Shown: in pieces, positions 12,146-25,100 of the stretch | Layout of the letters: each line of letters starts with the position of its first letter | How positions within the stretch are numbered: the first letter of the stretch is position 1 | Source of the DNA: Antedon mediterranea | Taxonomy: Eukaryota > Animalia > Echinodermata | Reading direction: 5' to 3' | Assembly: GCF_964355755.1 (NCBI RefSeq) | Contig: NC_092676.1 | Coordinates: forward strand, 3,263,888 to 3,327,887 | Length of the DNA: 64,000 nt | Program-made: the position numbers and the translations under genes | The notes under the pieces: model-generated | Seen by the model: the letters and a program-made list of their open reading frames with translations, nothing else | Databases searched by the model: none | What the model was told of the DNA's origin: nothing

Positions 12146-13558
12146 ATGGCTTATCATCAACATTGGACATTGCTGTTGTACAAGTGTCTGGTTATATTGT
12201 ATAGTATTTTTTATTGCTGCTGTGCACAATCTTATACTTTTACAAAACATCCACAATCGGTTCTCGTTGCTGAAGGAACAGCAAAGTTATCGTGTGAATG
12301 GACACCGGCTTTGAAAGAAAGTCACGGAATTTCATGGGACCACGGTCAAGTGGATGTACTATATGACTTGAACGATCTTACTTCAACATCTTCGTCTATC
12401 TCCATTTTGAATGTTGGTTCTTTTAAAGTTGCAGAAATGTTAAGCTGTAAGATCGGTGGCGGTAGTGATGATGTTACATACACTGTTTCTAATTATGCTT
12501 TTGTAGGTAAAATAACGTGCAATCCAGAGAATGATAATAATTATACTGGAACAACGCTGACATGTTCTTATCCTTCTTACCCTTCAATTAGTATTGATTT
12601 ACGGTGGTATAGAGGCGAAAGTGTAATTGTATCAAAACCACAACAAATTAATGTTTTACAATCAAGGACTTTGGCTGCCGAGGACGAAGGAGCTGTATTC
12701 ACTTGTAAAGCTATACTCGAAAATCAAGTGATAGGAATTTGTGAAACTACGTCTCCCCTAATATTGCCTATATATGCAGAGATTGAACAATCACCGCCAG
12801 GTCCACTTCAGGTTGGAGATAACTTTAATCTTATCTGCACAGGCAAAGGTAATGCTGATTATTATAATTATGAATGGACGTGGAATGGCAACCCAGTAGG
12901 ATCGTCGCAAAGCAAAATTAAATTTGCAATAGGTAATGTGCTTACTGTGAAAGATGTATCAAGCAATGACAATGGCAAACTAGTTACTTGTACTATTAGT
13001 CGTAATGGTCGTAACAGCAGTACAGCGAGATATACAATAAACGTTCAAGAGAACATTTCGAGTAGGCCTCTAACTACACATTTGCAAACAACACCAGGTA
13101 CACGTACGCAACAAGTCGTTACAGACAAACTACTACTAACTACACGTTTACATACTACACGTTTGCAGTCGACACGTACGCAACGATTCACTGCAGACCA
13201 ACTCTCACCAACTAATATCTCGGCGGACGAGCCCCCAACACTAATGGTTGTGCTTGGTGTACTTACAATTTTACTCATTGTTTCTATATTAATAATAATT
13301 TACACGTGTTTGCAAAAAAGAGACGTAACTAGGAGGAACAACACAAATCCCTCACAACGACCGTCGGATAACATTGGACACAGCTACGATTATATTACGT
13401 CTTCAGACACACGCCATCACACTACGACCGGAAATGACGCGGTTAAATATGATTATGCAATATACCCGTGCACAAGCACCCCGGAAAACGTCCCTGATGA
13501 ATATATTGAAATGATCGATATTTCCTATGAGGTCCCCAAAAAACAGAACAAAATATGA
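12146..13558 (+). CDS. IgSF receptor B (470 aa): signal peptide, 3 Ig domains, Thr-rich stalk, TM, Tyr-containing tail
   Basis: ATG at 12146 matches paralog starts (MAYHQHW); TM LMVVLGVLTILLIVSILIIIYTCL; tail YDYI, YDYAIY, YIEM. Confidence 0.9.
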   Translation: MAYHQHWTLLLYKCLVILYSIFYCCCAQSYTFTKHPQSVLVAEGTAKLSCEWTPALKESHGISWDHGQVDVLYDLNDLTSTSSSISILNVGSFKVAEMLSCKIGGGSDDVTYTVSNYAFVGKITCNPENDNNYTGTTLTCSYPSYPSISIDLRWYRGESVIVSKPQQINVLQSRTLAAEDEGAVFTCKAILENQVIGICETTSPLILPIYAEIEQSPPGPLQVGDNFNLICTGKGNADYYNYEWTWNGNPVGSSQSKIKFAIGNVLTVKDVSSNDNGKLVTCTISRNGRNSSTARYTINVQENISSRPLTTHLQTTPGTRTQQVVTDKLLLTTRLHTTRLQSTRTQRFTADQLSPTNISADEPPTLMVVLGVLTILLIVSILIIIYTCLQKRDVTRRNNTNPSQRPSDNIGHSYDYITSSDTRHHTTTGNDAVKYDYAIYPCTSTPENVPDEYIEMIDISYEVPKKQNKI

Positions 13559-13856
13559 CAGCGGACGAAGAAAATGATGGTACCTTATCACCGACAGTTA
13601 CATAATAGTTTAAGAACATTGGAAACAATAATCAATTCAAATATACACTTCAAAATCCTCTTCTGAATTTAACTTATGATATAATTACGATTTGCTTTTC
13701 ATTAAGATTATCGATGCATGTTTTTTTTTTTATGTCGAGGACCCCTATGTAAACACCTCTAGAGCTTATAATATTATCCTCTTGCTCTCATCCTGTCATT
13801 TGTATGTACAGGGAGTTGTAAAATGTATGGTATGTATTTGGAATATTATGTTTGAT

Positions 13857-13885
13857 CATGGAGAATCCTAACTGATTTCTCCATG
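13857..13885. mobile_element. P-element-like footprint with 7-bp TSD GTTTGAT
   Basis: gtttgat[catggagaatcctaactgatttctccatg]gtttgat. Confidence 0.7.
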
Positions 13886-14178
13886 GTTTGATGAATGAGC
13901 AACAAACACAAACAAACAGACAAGACAGAATTTTGTCTCTAGGAGGCGGTATACAATTGTACCGATTTTAGCTACCCTGGATATAATGCAGCCTAAATTA
14001 ATTATGTGTTTCAGCGAATACGTATATGTATAGCATATTACTAGGCCTGGAGCTGGATAAGCCTACAGTGCACATTTATCAGATCGAGTGAGTGTTTAAA
14101 CCAAGAACCAGTTCTATCACAACAATTAAAGCTGATTTGGAAAGTAATCAACATCACAAGAAAACAACAAAGTGTATA

Positions 14179-14841
14179 ATGACTCGTCACCAACATTGGA
14201 AATTGCTGTTTTTTAAGTGCCTAGTTATATTGTATAGCATATTTCATTGCTGTTGTGCACAATCCTATACGTTTACAGAAGATCCGCAATCTGTTACCGT
14301 TGAGAAGGGACAAACAGCGTCGCTGTCGTGTGAATGGTCACCAGCATTGAATGGAACACATAATGTTGAATGGTCAGCATTCCTTATTGGTGGTACTTAT
14401 CATAACATTGATAGTTCAACATTAAAATACAATCTAACAAGTAAAGCAACCTCATCATATCTTTCCATTTTTAATGTGGATTCTGATGATTTAGGAAGTT
14501 ACAGATGTGATATCGTGGAAGGTGATTCATACAGTCTTTCTCGAGAGGCTTATGTGTGGCAAGAAATAACATGCAGTGATAGTAATAATAGTGAAATAGG
14601 AACAACACTGAAATGTTCTTCTGCTTCTTCTTCAAATGACATATATTTAATGTGGTATAAAGGCGAACAACGGATTAATTCAAAAATACATCCAAATAAT
14701 ACTACGTTAGAATCAAGGCCGTTGACTGCTGAAGACAACAGAGCTGTATTTACTTGTTATGCCATAGATCGATTCCAATATAAACTTGTAGGAACTTGTA
14801 AAACTACTCCGTTATTGTCGATTCACCAATGCAGAAATTGA
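14179..14841 (+). CDS. Secreted 2-Ig protein C (220 aa)
   Basis: Signal peptide ending CCCA-QSY; Ig1 SLSCEW..W..DDLGSYRC; Ig2 with 4 Cys; ends SIHQCRN; no TM. Confidence 0.85.
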   Translation: MTRHQHWKLLFFKCLVILYSIFHCCCAQSYTFTEDPQSVTVEKGQTASLSCEWSPALNGTHNVEWSAFLIGGTYHNIDSSTLKYNLTSKATSSYLSIFNVDSDDLGSYRCDIVEGDSYSLSREAYVWQEITCSDSNNSEIGTTLKCSSASSSNDIYLMWYKGEQRINSKIHPNNTTLESRPLTAEDNRAVFTCYAIDRFQYKLVGTCKTTPLLSIHQCRN

Positions 14842-16064
14842 ACAATGTTAAGTAATGTTAAATTCAGGATTAAACCTAACAGTTCATTGTCGAATAGACC
14901 GGAGTTTTCATTTCATTACACACACGATATCGTGTACAAAGTTACGAGCAAAGGTATAATTACAACGCTAACAACTGAACTTTACTAAGAATATTTACTA
15001 CAAAAAAAAATTGTTTAATCAAGGTCTTTATATATTGCCGGTGAAATTATATATATAACCATACTGGGATTAATCTTTTTTTTAAACTATTTTATAGCTG
15101 TTATTAAACTCATATACACTTACATCTGTAAACATATTTTATATCGTAAAGTTAAATTTGTTAATTTTAAAATAACATTTGTTTTTGTTGAAACGTATTA
15201 TTAGTTCTTTACATTATTTTATGTCATTATTTCGTATCATTAATCGTATTATGCTAATACTAATGTATATACACAATGAAATAAGTGTACTTATTTCAGT
15301 CCGTAGATAGAGACGTGTTCGAAACACGGAGGTAGAGTTCGATAAAATAAAACGATACGAGATGAACTAAGATGGTTTCATATTTTATTCACTACATGCT
15401 TGCTTCTTTGTCGATAATAACAAGTCATTCCCCTGTTTTACTAGTACAAATTGTAAATTGTGATTTGTTACAATATTAATATTTTCCATTACAACAAGTT
15501 TAAATTACTGTATAATCTGTTGTTGTATAATTAATTTTTCTTAATTGAAATTATTAAACGTTTAATATAGAAAACATCTTCAATGCAAGATAAGAAATCT
15601 AAAATTAGTGAGCGCCGCAATTGGCAATGAAATATTGTAAATTCAATAATTATTTCAATCCATTATGTATATACTCCATTAACAGTAGCTGAGTTACAGT
15701 TTCTTCAAAATGGAAAAGAGACAGTGTCGTCAGCAAGTCTATGACCATTATTTTCTGTTTGTTTATCGTAGATATATTTTAGACAATAATAAAACCTATT
15801 GAAGAACCGAATTAAATAAATTTAATACGATACGAAATAGTATTGTTTTCTAATACGTATCCAACAATGAGAAACTCACATAATATAACGACCATAATTA
15901 ATTATCTTAGACTTTTCCTGAGGGCGCTCTTAGTATTGAATTGTTTCCGTTTTGTGTCTTGTTTTTGCTTTGTATTTCAATGTGTTCTCTCCATTTCTGG
16001 AGGCTTTCTGAATAAGTTGAATTTAATTGAAATAATTTCGTTAAAGTATATTATTAATTTATGC

Positions 16065-16290
16065 AAATCGGTCATACCAGATCATGCAGTCCACTCTAAT
16101 CATGTTATAAATTGGACTTAACATAACATTATTGACAGGAAATCGGACAACGGACATCAGACGCATGAAAGAGGCAATTTGGATACGAAGAAGACAAAAA
16201 AAAAAAACCATTAACCGAGACGAAGGTACACACACCAATAGTCACATATATTTTATAACCCTGTAATTAGACAGGATTGGCGCTCTAGAT
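16065..16290 (+). mobile_element. Penelope-like element relic (GIY-YIG C-terminus); copies at ~47755-47975 and ~59377-59620
   Basis: Broken translation KS(V/A)I(P/T)DHA..HVINW..IIDRE..RMKEAIWIRRR..INRDEG, matching the C-terminus of Penelope endonucleases. Confidence 0.7.
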
Positions 16291-16483
16291 AAGTTAAAAC
16301 AAATTGTTTTCTTTTCTGCAGTAATCAAGGTTTTTCTTTGTCACAACAACTTACAAAATAAATAATAATGCCATAGCGTTTACATTTTGTCTCTAGGGGG
16401 CGGTATACAATTGTACCGATTATAGCTAACCCTGGATTTAATGCAGCCTAAATGAATTCTGTGTTTCAGCGGATACGTATATG

Positions 16484-16503
16484 CAGGGAGTTGCAACTCC
16501 CTG
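16484..16503. mobile_element. P-element-like footprint with TSD GTATATG (copy at 48395-48414)
   Basis: Perfect palindrome cagggagttgcaactccctg. The TSD is exact in the 48.4-kb copy and has one mismatch here. The paralogous site at 14022-14028 has a single GTATATG. Confidence 0.75.
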
Positions 16504-16657
16504 GTATATTTATAGCATATTATTAGGCCTGCAGCTGGATACAGTGCACATGAATCAGATCGGGTGACAAAGAACCAGTTCTATCACAACAATCTACTAC
16601 AGCAAGTTAGGCCGAGTAGGAAAGAATTCAACATCGCAAGAAACTACAAAGTTTATA

Positions 16658-17320
16658 ATGGCTCGTCATCAACATTGTACACTGCTGTTTTTCAAGTGCC
16701 TGATTACATTGTATAGCATATTTAATAGCTGTTGTGCACAATCCTATACTTTTACAGAAGATCCGCAGTCTGTTATCTTTGAGAAGGGACAAACAGCGTC
16801 GCTGTCGTGTGAATGGACACCAGCATTGAATGGAACACATACTGTTTTCTGGGCAGCATTCCCTAGTGGTGGTACGTCTCATCTAATTGGTAGTTCAACA
16901 TTAAAATACAATGTAACAAGTAAAGCAACCTTCTCGTATCTTTCCATTTTTAATTCTGATTCTGATGATGTAGGAAAATACAGGTGTGATATCTCAAAAG
17001 GTGGTGATTCATACATTCTTTCTCGAGAGGCTTTTGTATGGCAAGAAATAAAATGCAGTGGTAATGGTGAAATAGGAAAAACGCTGAAATGTTCTTTTGC
17101 TGCTTCTTCTCCAAGTGACATATTTTTAGGCTGGTATAATAAAGACGGATATCGGGTTGAATCAAAATTACATCCAAATAATATTTTGGAATCAAGACCG
17201 TTGACTGCTGAAGACAATAGAGCTGTGTTTACTTGTAAAGCATGGGATCGATTGGAACAAAAAGTTGTAGGAATTTGTGAAACCACTCCGTTTCTGTCGA
17301 TTCACCAATGCAGAAATTGA
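16658..17320 (+). CDS. Secreted 2-Ig protein D (220 aa)
   Basis: Same architecture as C; ends SIHQCRN. Confidence 0.87.
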   Translation: MARHQHCTLLFFKCLITLYSIFNSCCAQSYTFTEDPQSVIFEKGQTASLSCEWTPALNGTHTVFWAAFPSGGTSHLIGSSTLKYNVTSKATFSYLSIFNSDSDDVGKYRCDISKGGDSYILSREAFVWQEIKCSGNGEIGKTLKCSFAASSPSDIFLGWYNKDGYRVESKLHPNNILESRPLTAEDNRAVFTCKAWDRLEQKVVGICETTPFLSIHQCRN

Positions 17321-17857
17321 ATCATCGTCTGGTCAATTCAGGTCAGAAATAGCTTTAACCATGAAGAACGTACTAACGTAAAAATGTATGTGTTAACAAT
17401 GATGTTAATGTAAAACTTATTTGTGATTAACATCGTAGACAATATTTAGGAATATAGACTTATCTTATTACTGTAATGATATCAGTAATGTTAAGTTCAG
17501 GATTAAACCTAATAGTTCATTGTCGAATAGACCGGAGTTTTCATTTCATTACACGCACGATATCGTGTACAAAGTTACGAGCAAAGGTATAATTACAACG
17601 TTAACAACTGAACTTGACACTCTCTATAGCATTTATTGTTCATGTTTAAAAGAATATTTACTACAAAAAAAAATTTGTTTACTCAAGGTCTTTATAGATT
17701 GCCGGTGAAATTGTATATATAACCATACTGGGATTACTCTTTTCTTAAAATTATTTTATAGATGTTATTAAACTCATATTTTACATCTGTAAACTTACAT
17801 ACTATTATGTCATAAGGTTATTAAGTTGTTTTTAACATAATTTTAAAATAATATTCC

Positions 17858-17952
17858 TTTTTAGTCGCGTGCAATGCGACTCTACAGCTGACTATGTCGG
17901 TCGGTAAACACTAACTTGAGCACGCGACTGCACCCTTGTATATGGCCTTGTT
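17858..17952 (+). mobile_element. Short Helentron/DINE-like element; related copies at ~49739-49833, ~50850-50962 and ~45060-45129 (reverse)
   Basis: TTTTTAGTCGCGTG..(GTCG)n..CACGCGACT..GGCCTTGTT. The 50850 copy sits in a T-run and is absent from the paralogous site near 18972. Confidence 0.6.
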
Positions 17953-18074
17953 TTTTAAATCATTATTACGAACATGTTATCTACCATTACATCCGTTTAC
18001 ACGTATTAATATACTTCATTAACATTATTTTCTGTTAAATCATCAATTAATATCATTAATCGTATTAAGTTAAT

Positions 18075-18388
18075 AAGGTAAAGGTAAAGTCGAAACCTAA
18101 GCTAATGCTAACGGCCGTGGTGCCCATCTCCATTTCTTGAGCGTTTGGGCCAGACTCCACTAAGTGTGTATGTTTGTGGGGGGTACGCCAGCCCTCCCGC
18201 ACAAACGAGTCTGATTTACCTTCCCAGTACTTTTTACATACCGGTACCCATTTCTATCACCTGGGTGGGGAGGATGTGGATAAAGAATCTTGCTCAAGGA
18301 TTCAACACTGCAGTGACCGGGCCGGGGCTTGAACCGGCAACCTCTTGATTGCAAGTCCAATGCTCTAACCACTGCGCCACAGTGCTCC
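18075..18388 (-). mobile_element. tRNA-derived SINE with CORE-like domain
   Basis: A box TGGCGCAGTGG, B box GGTTCAAGCC, then TCCTTGAGCAAG..CCACCCAGGTG..AAATGGGTACC and a (TTTACC)n tail. Confidence 0.8.
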
Positions 18389-21300
18389 AATGTGGCGCAG
18401 TGTGGCGCTACTACTAGTACTAATGTATATACACATAAATATAATGAAATAAGTGTAATTATTTTAGGTCATAAATAGAGACGTACTTAATACACGGAGG
18501 TAGATAGTTCGATAAAATAAACGATACGAGATTTACAATGTATGTACGGTATTTTACAATTTGTCAAATTACTTTATAATCTGTTGTTGTTGTATAATTA
18601 ATTTTACTTAATTGAAATTATTAAACGTTTAATAGAAAACATCTTCAATGCAAGATAAGAAATCTAAAATTAGTGAACGCCGTAATATGCAATGAAATAT
18701 TGTAAATTTAATAATTATTTCAATCCATGTGTAATACTCCATTTACTGTAGCTGAGTTACAGTTTCTCCAAAATGGAAAAGAGACCATTATTTTCTGTTT
18801 GGTTATCGTAGATATTATTTTAGACAATAATAAAACTTATTCAAGAATTGTATTAAATAAATATATATACGGTACGAAATAGTATTTAACATGAGAAACA
18901 CACATAATCGACCATAATTAATTATTATCTTAAACTTTCCCCGAGGGCGCTCTTAGTATTGAATTGTTTCCGTTTTGTATCTTGTATTTGCTTTGTATTT
19001 CAATGTGTTCTCTCCATTTGTGGAGGCTTTTTGAATAAATTGAATTTAATTGAAAATACTTATTATTACTTATTATACTTATATTAGTAATGTCTGCAGT
19101 CCTAACGTTCAGTATCTTTGTTTCTATAGCTCTTTCTACACTATCAAACCATGGAGGAAATATATATATATATATATATATATAGAACTCAACGGCCTTT
19201 GCTACGATGGATATATAGTGCTATTTCTCAAATGGCCTTTGCTACTTTGCATTTTGACTTGTGACGTATATGTTTTCCTATTCAATTACATTGCTCATCG
19301 ATAGGAGCAAACGGCCAAAAGCGTCTTGAGAATTTAAATTTTTAAATTACGATAACTTTTGTAAAAATGATCGAAATTTGATCGGATAACCACATTTATA
19401 AAGACAATTTAATAGAGTTTACCCTATCATCAGCTTATTTTTTCTTATCACGCACTTTTTGAAATATTGGTTTCTGAATCATGCCTACTTATCGGGTAGT
19501 AGTTTTGATAGGCCTGATTTGACAACAACCAACCTAAACCGTCTTGAACTTCTAATTTTTTTTTTACTTATCCGATTTGAAATTTCTTTGTTGTATACGA
19601 TAGAAGATTATATAAAGAACGTGTATACGAAATTTCATCGATTTATCTTAATTTTAAGTTACTTTAAAAAAATAATTCTATATTGAATTTTTTCGCGAAA
19701 AATTGGGATGTCATTTTGCTACGTACCAAAACTCAAATAGTCATTGCGTTTAACGTATTTACTCAATAAATGTAATTTTTGTACAATGTGTTCATATATA
19801 TTGTTGGATTATGTGTGCCAAATTTGGATTTATAAAACTAAAAAAATTCGGAGATATTAAGAAAATATTGCTCATTTTGGCCGTTTGCTACGTATTTTCT
19901 TAATTTTTAAAATGCTTTTACAACGTGGTTACTTTACGAAAACAAACTATTTTTAGGTATGTTAGTCTATGTTTAACATACTATCGATCTGCTATTTTGA
20001 TTTTTTGAATTTAAGCGTGTTTATATTTTTAATAAAAACCGACTTTTTTTAGATTTTGTGGTCGCTAGAACTCAAATATAATTGTCTCGTTCACTCAAAG
20101 TTTATTATAAATGTAAAATGACTTATTAAAATATCTTTATTATCATTAAATTGCAATTTACATTATGAAAAGCTTTATTTTCATTATTAGTCATCATTTA
20201 GTTAGCAAATGATTATTTTAAAAGTATATATTACAATTTTTCGGAATTTTGTTATCATTTTAAAATTGGAAAACGTTTCAAATTTAAGGACTTGTGGCAG
20301 GTCTTGTATTAAATTACGATTTATTTTGTTTAACATTTTAGAAACAAAAATTCCTTTAATATGTGTAATCATTAAAACATTCTGCATCCACTAGACGTTG
20401 ATTTTATTGATTTATATAGTTTTAAAACAATTAAATTGGCGATTAAATGTTACGAAATTTAAAAATCCTAAGCATTTTCACTGGAACCACAGCATCCTAG
20501 GCCCAACAGCATCGACAGCCTACAGCAAACTATAGATAAACCAGGTATACCGTAAGTTTTTATTTATTTTTGTTGTAATATAGATTTTTAAATAGTTATA
20601 GTTCAATGTTATATATTTAATGTTGTTATCTGACTCTCTGGCGGTAATCTATGAGAGGTAAATTAGGGGCCTAGGCCTTAGGTCTATGATGCACATAAAA
20701 TGCCAAACCTTGTGTGCAGCCCAGGGGGCTGCTGCGCCCGGCCCAGGCGGCCTAATAATAGGCTTACCGCTTAGGCCTCGGTCTACATTAGGCCTAGGCC
20801 CTAGTGTCTGTTTACGGGTTTGTAAGTCCATAAACAGAGTAGGCCTAGACCTAACTTTTCTGGAATCTAGGCATAGGATAGGCACTGACTAGGCCTATGT
20901 CTAGAAATAAGCATGGCCTATTATTTACAGCTTTAGCCTGGAAGCCTAAGCCTACTAGGCCTAGCTAGTAGGCCTAGCCTACTCCTACCTAGCCTGTCTT
21001 AGGCTAGGCTAGGCCTAGAGGTAGTACTCAGTGCTAGAAGCCTGCCTAGGCCTAGATGTAGCCTACATCCTAAAACTAGACTAGGCCTAGGCTAGAACCT
21101 CTAGTAAAGGCTTTGACAGTTTTCTAGGCCCTACCTACATTATGTATGTTAGGGCCTATCTGACTTCTAGCATAGGCCTAGCCTAGACATTTACAGAAGG
21201 TGTACTGTAGGTTTCCCTTCTACATCATTAACAGCTAGCTTAGAACAATCCCTTCATTAAATCAAGCATCCATCCCAAATATTTTTAACATTCACGAATT

Positions 21301-22169
21301 AAACATACTATTATGATTTACAAAGCAAATTAATTTTTAGTTTTAGTGTCCGGTTTGGAGTATTCAATCAACTACTCAATTTCTGATGACTCAATAATCA
21401 ACTTAACTTCAGGTATTTTAAGTCCCAAGCTTATTCAACTTATGTTTAATGTGACTAACAACATATGAAAATAACAATTACTCCTTAAAACTATAAATAA
21501 ACATTAATTCAATCCAAATAATGGTAGCAAAAGAGATGTTATGAAATAGTAACTATTTGACTGTATTCAGTTTTTTTTTTCAGTGAAACACATTATGGTA
21601 CAAATGGAGAAAAATATATCTAGAAGAGAGGAAAATAACAAGATGAAGGAGCAGGAAAAATATGGTATACTTATCTGTATGGCAATTTTCATACACATTA
21701 ATTCATGTTAAAACAAAATGACTATTAAACTATTTTAAGCCCAATTAAATACAACAAAGCACCCAAGTCAATGCCATGAAATGTAATTTAACAGGTTTCT
21801 TAAATTAATTCTAAAGCCAATACAAAGCAAATACATTGACAATTAAAATGAAGTGAGAAAAGTGTAATGTAACAGTCAGAATTGTTAGAAATGTAATATA
21901 AATAAAATACAAAATTAAAACTTTTATTTTAGACAACTTCTAATGTTTATTAAAATGTGCTTTTTCATTTTTCAGTTACTGCTGTGGTTTCAAACATCCT
22001 TCACTTTACATACAAGTTAATGGCTTATTAATAATTAAGGTAATCAGTAAACTCATTATAAATGTTTTGCTTTAATTTACTAACAATGTTTCATTTATCT
22101 ACTAACCATACATAAACACACTCACATACCAACATACACAAAACACCTTTTAGAATAGCTTGTATTTAA

Positions 22170-25100
22170 TGTAGGACAAAATTAAACATAACAATGTAGT
22201 TGTAGGACAAAATTAAACACAACAAAAGTTTGATCTAGGCTTATTAGTTGTAGGACAAAATTCAACATCAATAAAGCTTAGTTAGTTGCTTAAAATTAAA
22301 CGGAGGAATACAGTTCAGTTTAGTTTATATTTACTGTATATAAAAATTAAACGGAGCAATGTAGTTTAGTAGTTGGTTGTAGAACTAATTTAAACAGGAG
22401 AATGCAGTTCAGTTGAGTTTAGTTATTTACTGTATAGGGAAAAAAAATAACAGAGGAATGAAGTTTAGTTTTAGTTGGTTGTTGGACAAAAATGAACAGT
22501 TTGGTTAATTGTTGTATTACAAATGCAGACACAGCAATACAGTTCAGTTTAGTTATTTACTGTAGGAAAAAATAAACACATAAACATTGCAGTTTATTTA
22601 GTTAATTGTAGGAAAAAATTGGTTTAGAAATCATTTATTGACACAACATTAAACTAGTTAGACATGTATAGGGGTACAGTTATTATAGAACACAATTAAG
22701 AGTACATATTTAGACAATCTGAAAGAATAATTGGTTGAGAAATCATCTATTAAACAAACCAATAATACAGGACATTCAAGTAGTTAGACATGTGTAGTGG
22801 TACAGTTATTATAGAAGACAATTAAGAGTACATATTTTAGACAATCTGAAAGTGTAATTGGTTGAGAAATCATCTATTAAATCACTCAACAATACAGGAC
22901 ATTCAAGTAGTTAGACATGTGTAGGGGTACAGTTATTATAGAACACAATTAGGAGTAAATATTTTAGACAATCTGAAAGTATAATTGGTTGAGAAATCAT
23001 CTATAAAACAACCCAACAATACAAGACATTCAAGTAGTTAGACATGTGTAGGGGTACAGTTATTATAGGACACAATTAGGAGTTTGTTGTAGGACACAAT
23101 TAAACACAGCAGTTTAGTTTAGTTAGAACAAGCCCCGCATTAAATCAGTAATCAAGCATCCATCGTAAATATTTTAAACATAATTTTGTAATACTATTTT
23201 CATGAATTAAAAATACTATATGACTTATATTATAATGCAAATACATTTTTAGTTTTAGTGTCCGGTTTGGAGTATTCAATCAACTAGCCTATTCAATTTC
23301 TGATGACTCAAAACTCAACTTAACTTCAGGTATTTTAAGTCCCACGCTTAATCAACGTTTTAATGTTACTAACAACATATGAAAATACAATTATTTTTAG
23401 GTCATAAAAATAACAATTACTCCTTAAAATTATAAATAAAGTAATAAATAATAATAATTCAATGCAAATAATGGTAGTAGGCCTAGTGGTAACAAAAGAG
23501 ATTTCTTAAAATAGTAATTATTGAATGCTGTTGGTGTTGACTGTATTCAGTTTTTTTTTCAGTGAAAAACATGATGGTACAAATGGAAAAAAGGTCTAGA
23601 AGAGAGGAAAATAACAAGATGAAGGAGCAGAAAATATATGGTTGAATATATGACTAAAATCATACCTTACATTAAAACAATCAATTAAATTAATATTTTA
23701 TATTACAATAAAGGATGAAATCAATGGTAGGACATGTAATGAGGCCAGTCAAACTAATAACATATAGTATTGAAATAGAGTAAATGTAAAATAAAGAGGT
23801 AATTTAGGTGGAAAAATGATAATAAAAAAAAATGCTAGTACTACAAGTAAAAATGTTTATTCACATATTTTTTTTATTAATTATATTTTCAGCCTCTGCT
23901 ATGATTAGTACCAAGGATTGTTGCTTTCAACAAGTCTTACTTCACAATTTGATGTCGTTTAAAGGTAATTGGTCATCTCAATATTGCTTTACGCTTTAAA
24001 CCATCAGATAATAGTAATAATTGTAGCAGTACAATTAGAAATTAAATTTACATTACATTTATCAAACAAAATGTCTTATGTGATTAGTTGACAACACGAT
24101 TACAAAAGACAGTAAAAAAGTAGTTAATTTGAAATGCCCAAATTTAATTTAGCTTTCCCTTCTCCATCAGCTGTTCTTGTTTGGGTACATTGTTAAAAAT
24201 CACAATATATGATACACAGAAATACAGTCTGTTTAGGTCATAAAAATGAATAATGCACTAAAAATGTTATTAGTTTTATTAGTACTGTATACTAATGACT
24301 GAATATAATGGGTTTTTTTTAAACAGTGATAATGGATAAGAAAGAGGATAATCTAGAAGTGGAAGTGGAAACAAGATGAATAATACATTTAGGAAGAAAA
24401 AAAGAAGATGGTTGAATATAACTAATAGTCTTATTTTCATACACATTAATTCATGTTAAAACAAGATGACCATTAAACAATTTTAAGCCCAATTAAATAC
24501 AACAAAGCACCCAAGTCAATGACTAGAAATGTAATTTAACAGGTTTCTTAAATTAATTCTAAAGCCAATACAAAGCAAATACATTTACAATTAAAAATGA
24601 AGCGAGAAAAGTGTAATGTAACACATCTGAGAATTAGTTAGTAAAGTATTACATTTCAAACCCAAAATTAAAACTTTTTTTTAGACAACTTCTAATGTTT
24701 ATTAAAATGTGCTTTTTCATTTTTTTTTTCAGTTACTGCTGTGGTTTTAGACATCCTCCACTTCACATACAAGTTAATGGCTTATTAATAATTAAGGTAA
24801 TCAGTAAACTCATTATAAATGTTTTGCTTTAATTTACTAACAATGTTTTATTTATCTACTAACCATACATAAACACACTCACACACCAACATACACAAAA
24901 CACCTTTTAGAATAGCTTGTATTTAATGTAGAACAAATTAAATCTTCTTGTACTAGACTAAAGTTAAACACAGAAATGCAGTCAGTTTAGTTAATTACTG
25001 TAGGGAAAAATTAAAAACAGCAATACAGTTCAGTTAGTTGTTGTAGGACAAAATTAAACTAAGGAATACAGTTTAGTTTAGTTATTTACTGTAGGGAAAA

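Noticed and set aside
15843-16121. Identical 92-aa ORFs at 15843 and 47532
   Set aside because: Non-ATG start in recently duplicated intergenic DNA ending in a Penelope relic
16879-17286. Antisense ORFs over Ig genes (also 48790-49197, 55949-56194)
   Set aside because: Shadow frames of the sense CDS with no recognisable features
18310-18388. tRNA gene
   Set aside because: The tRNA-like head continues into a SINE body and tail
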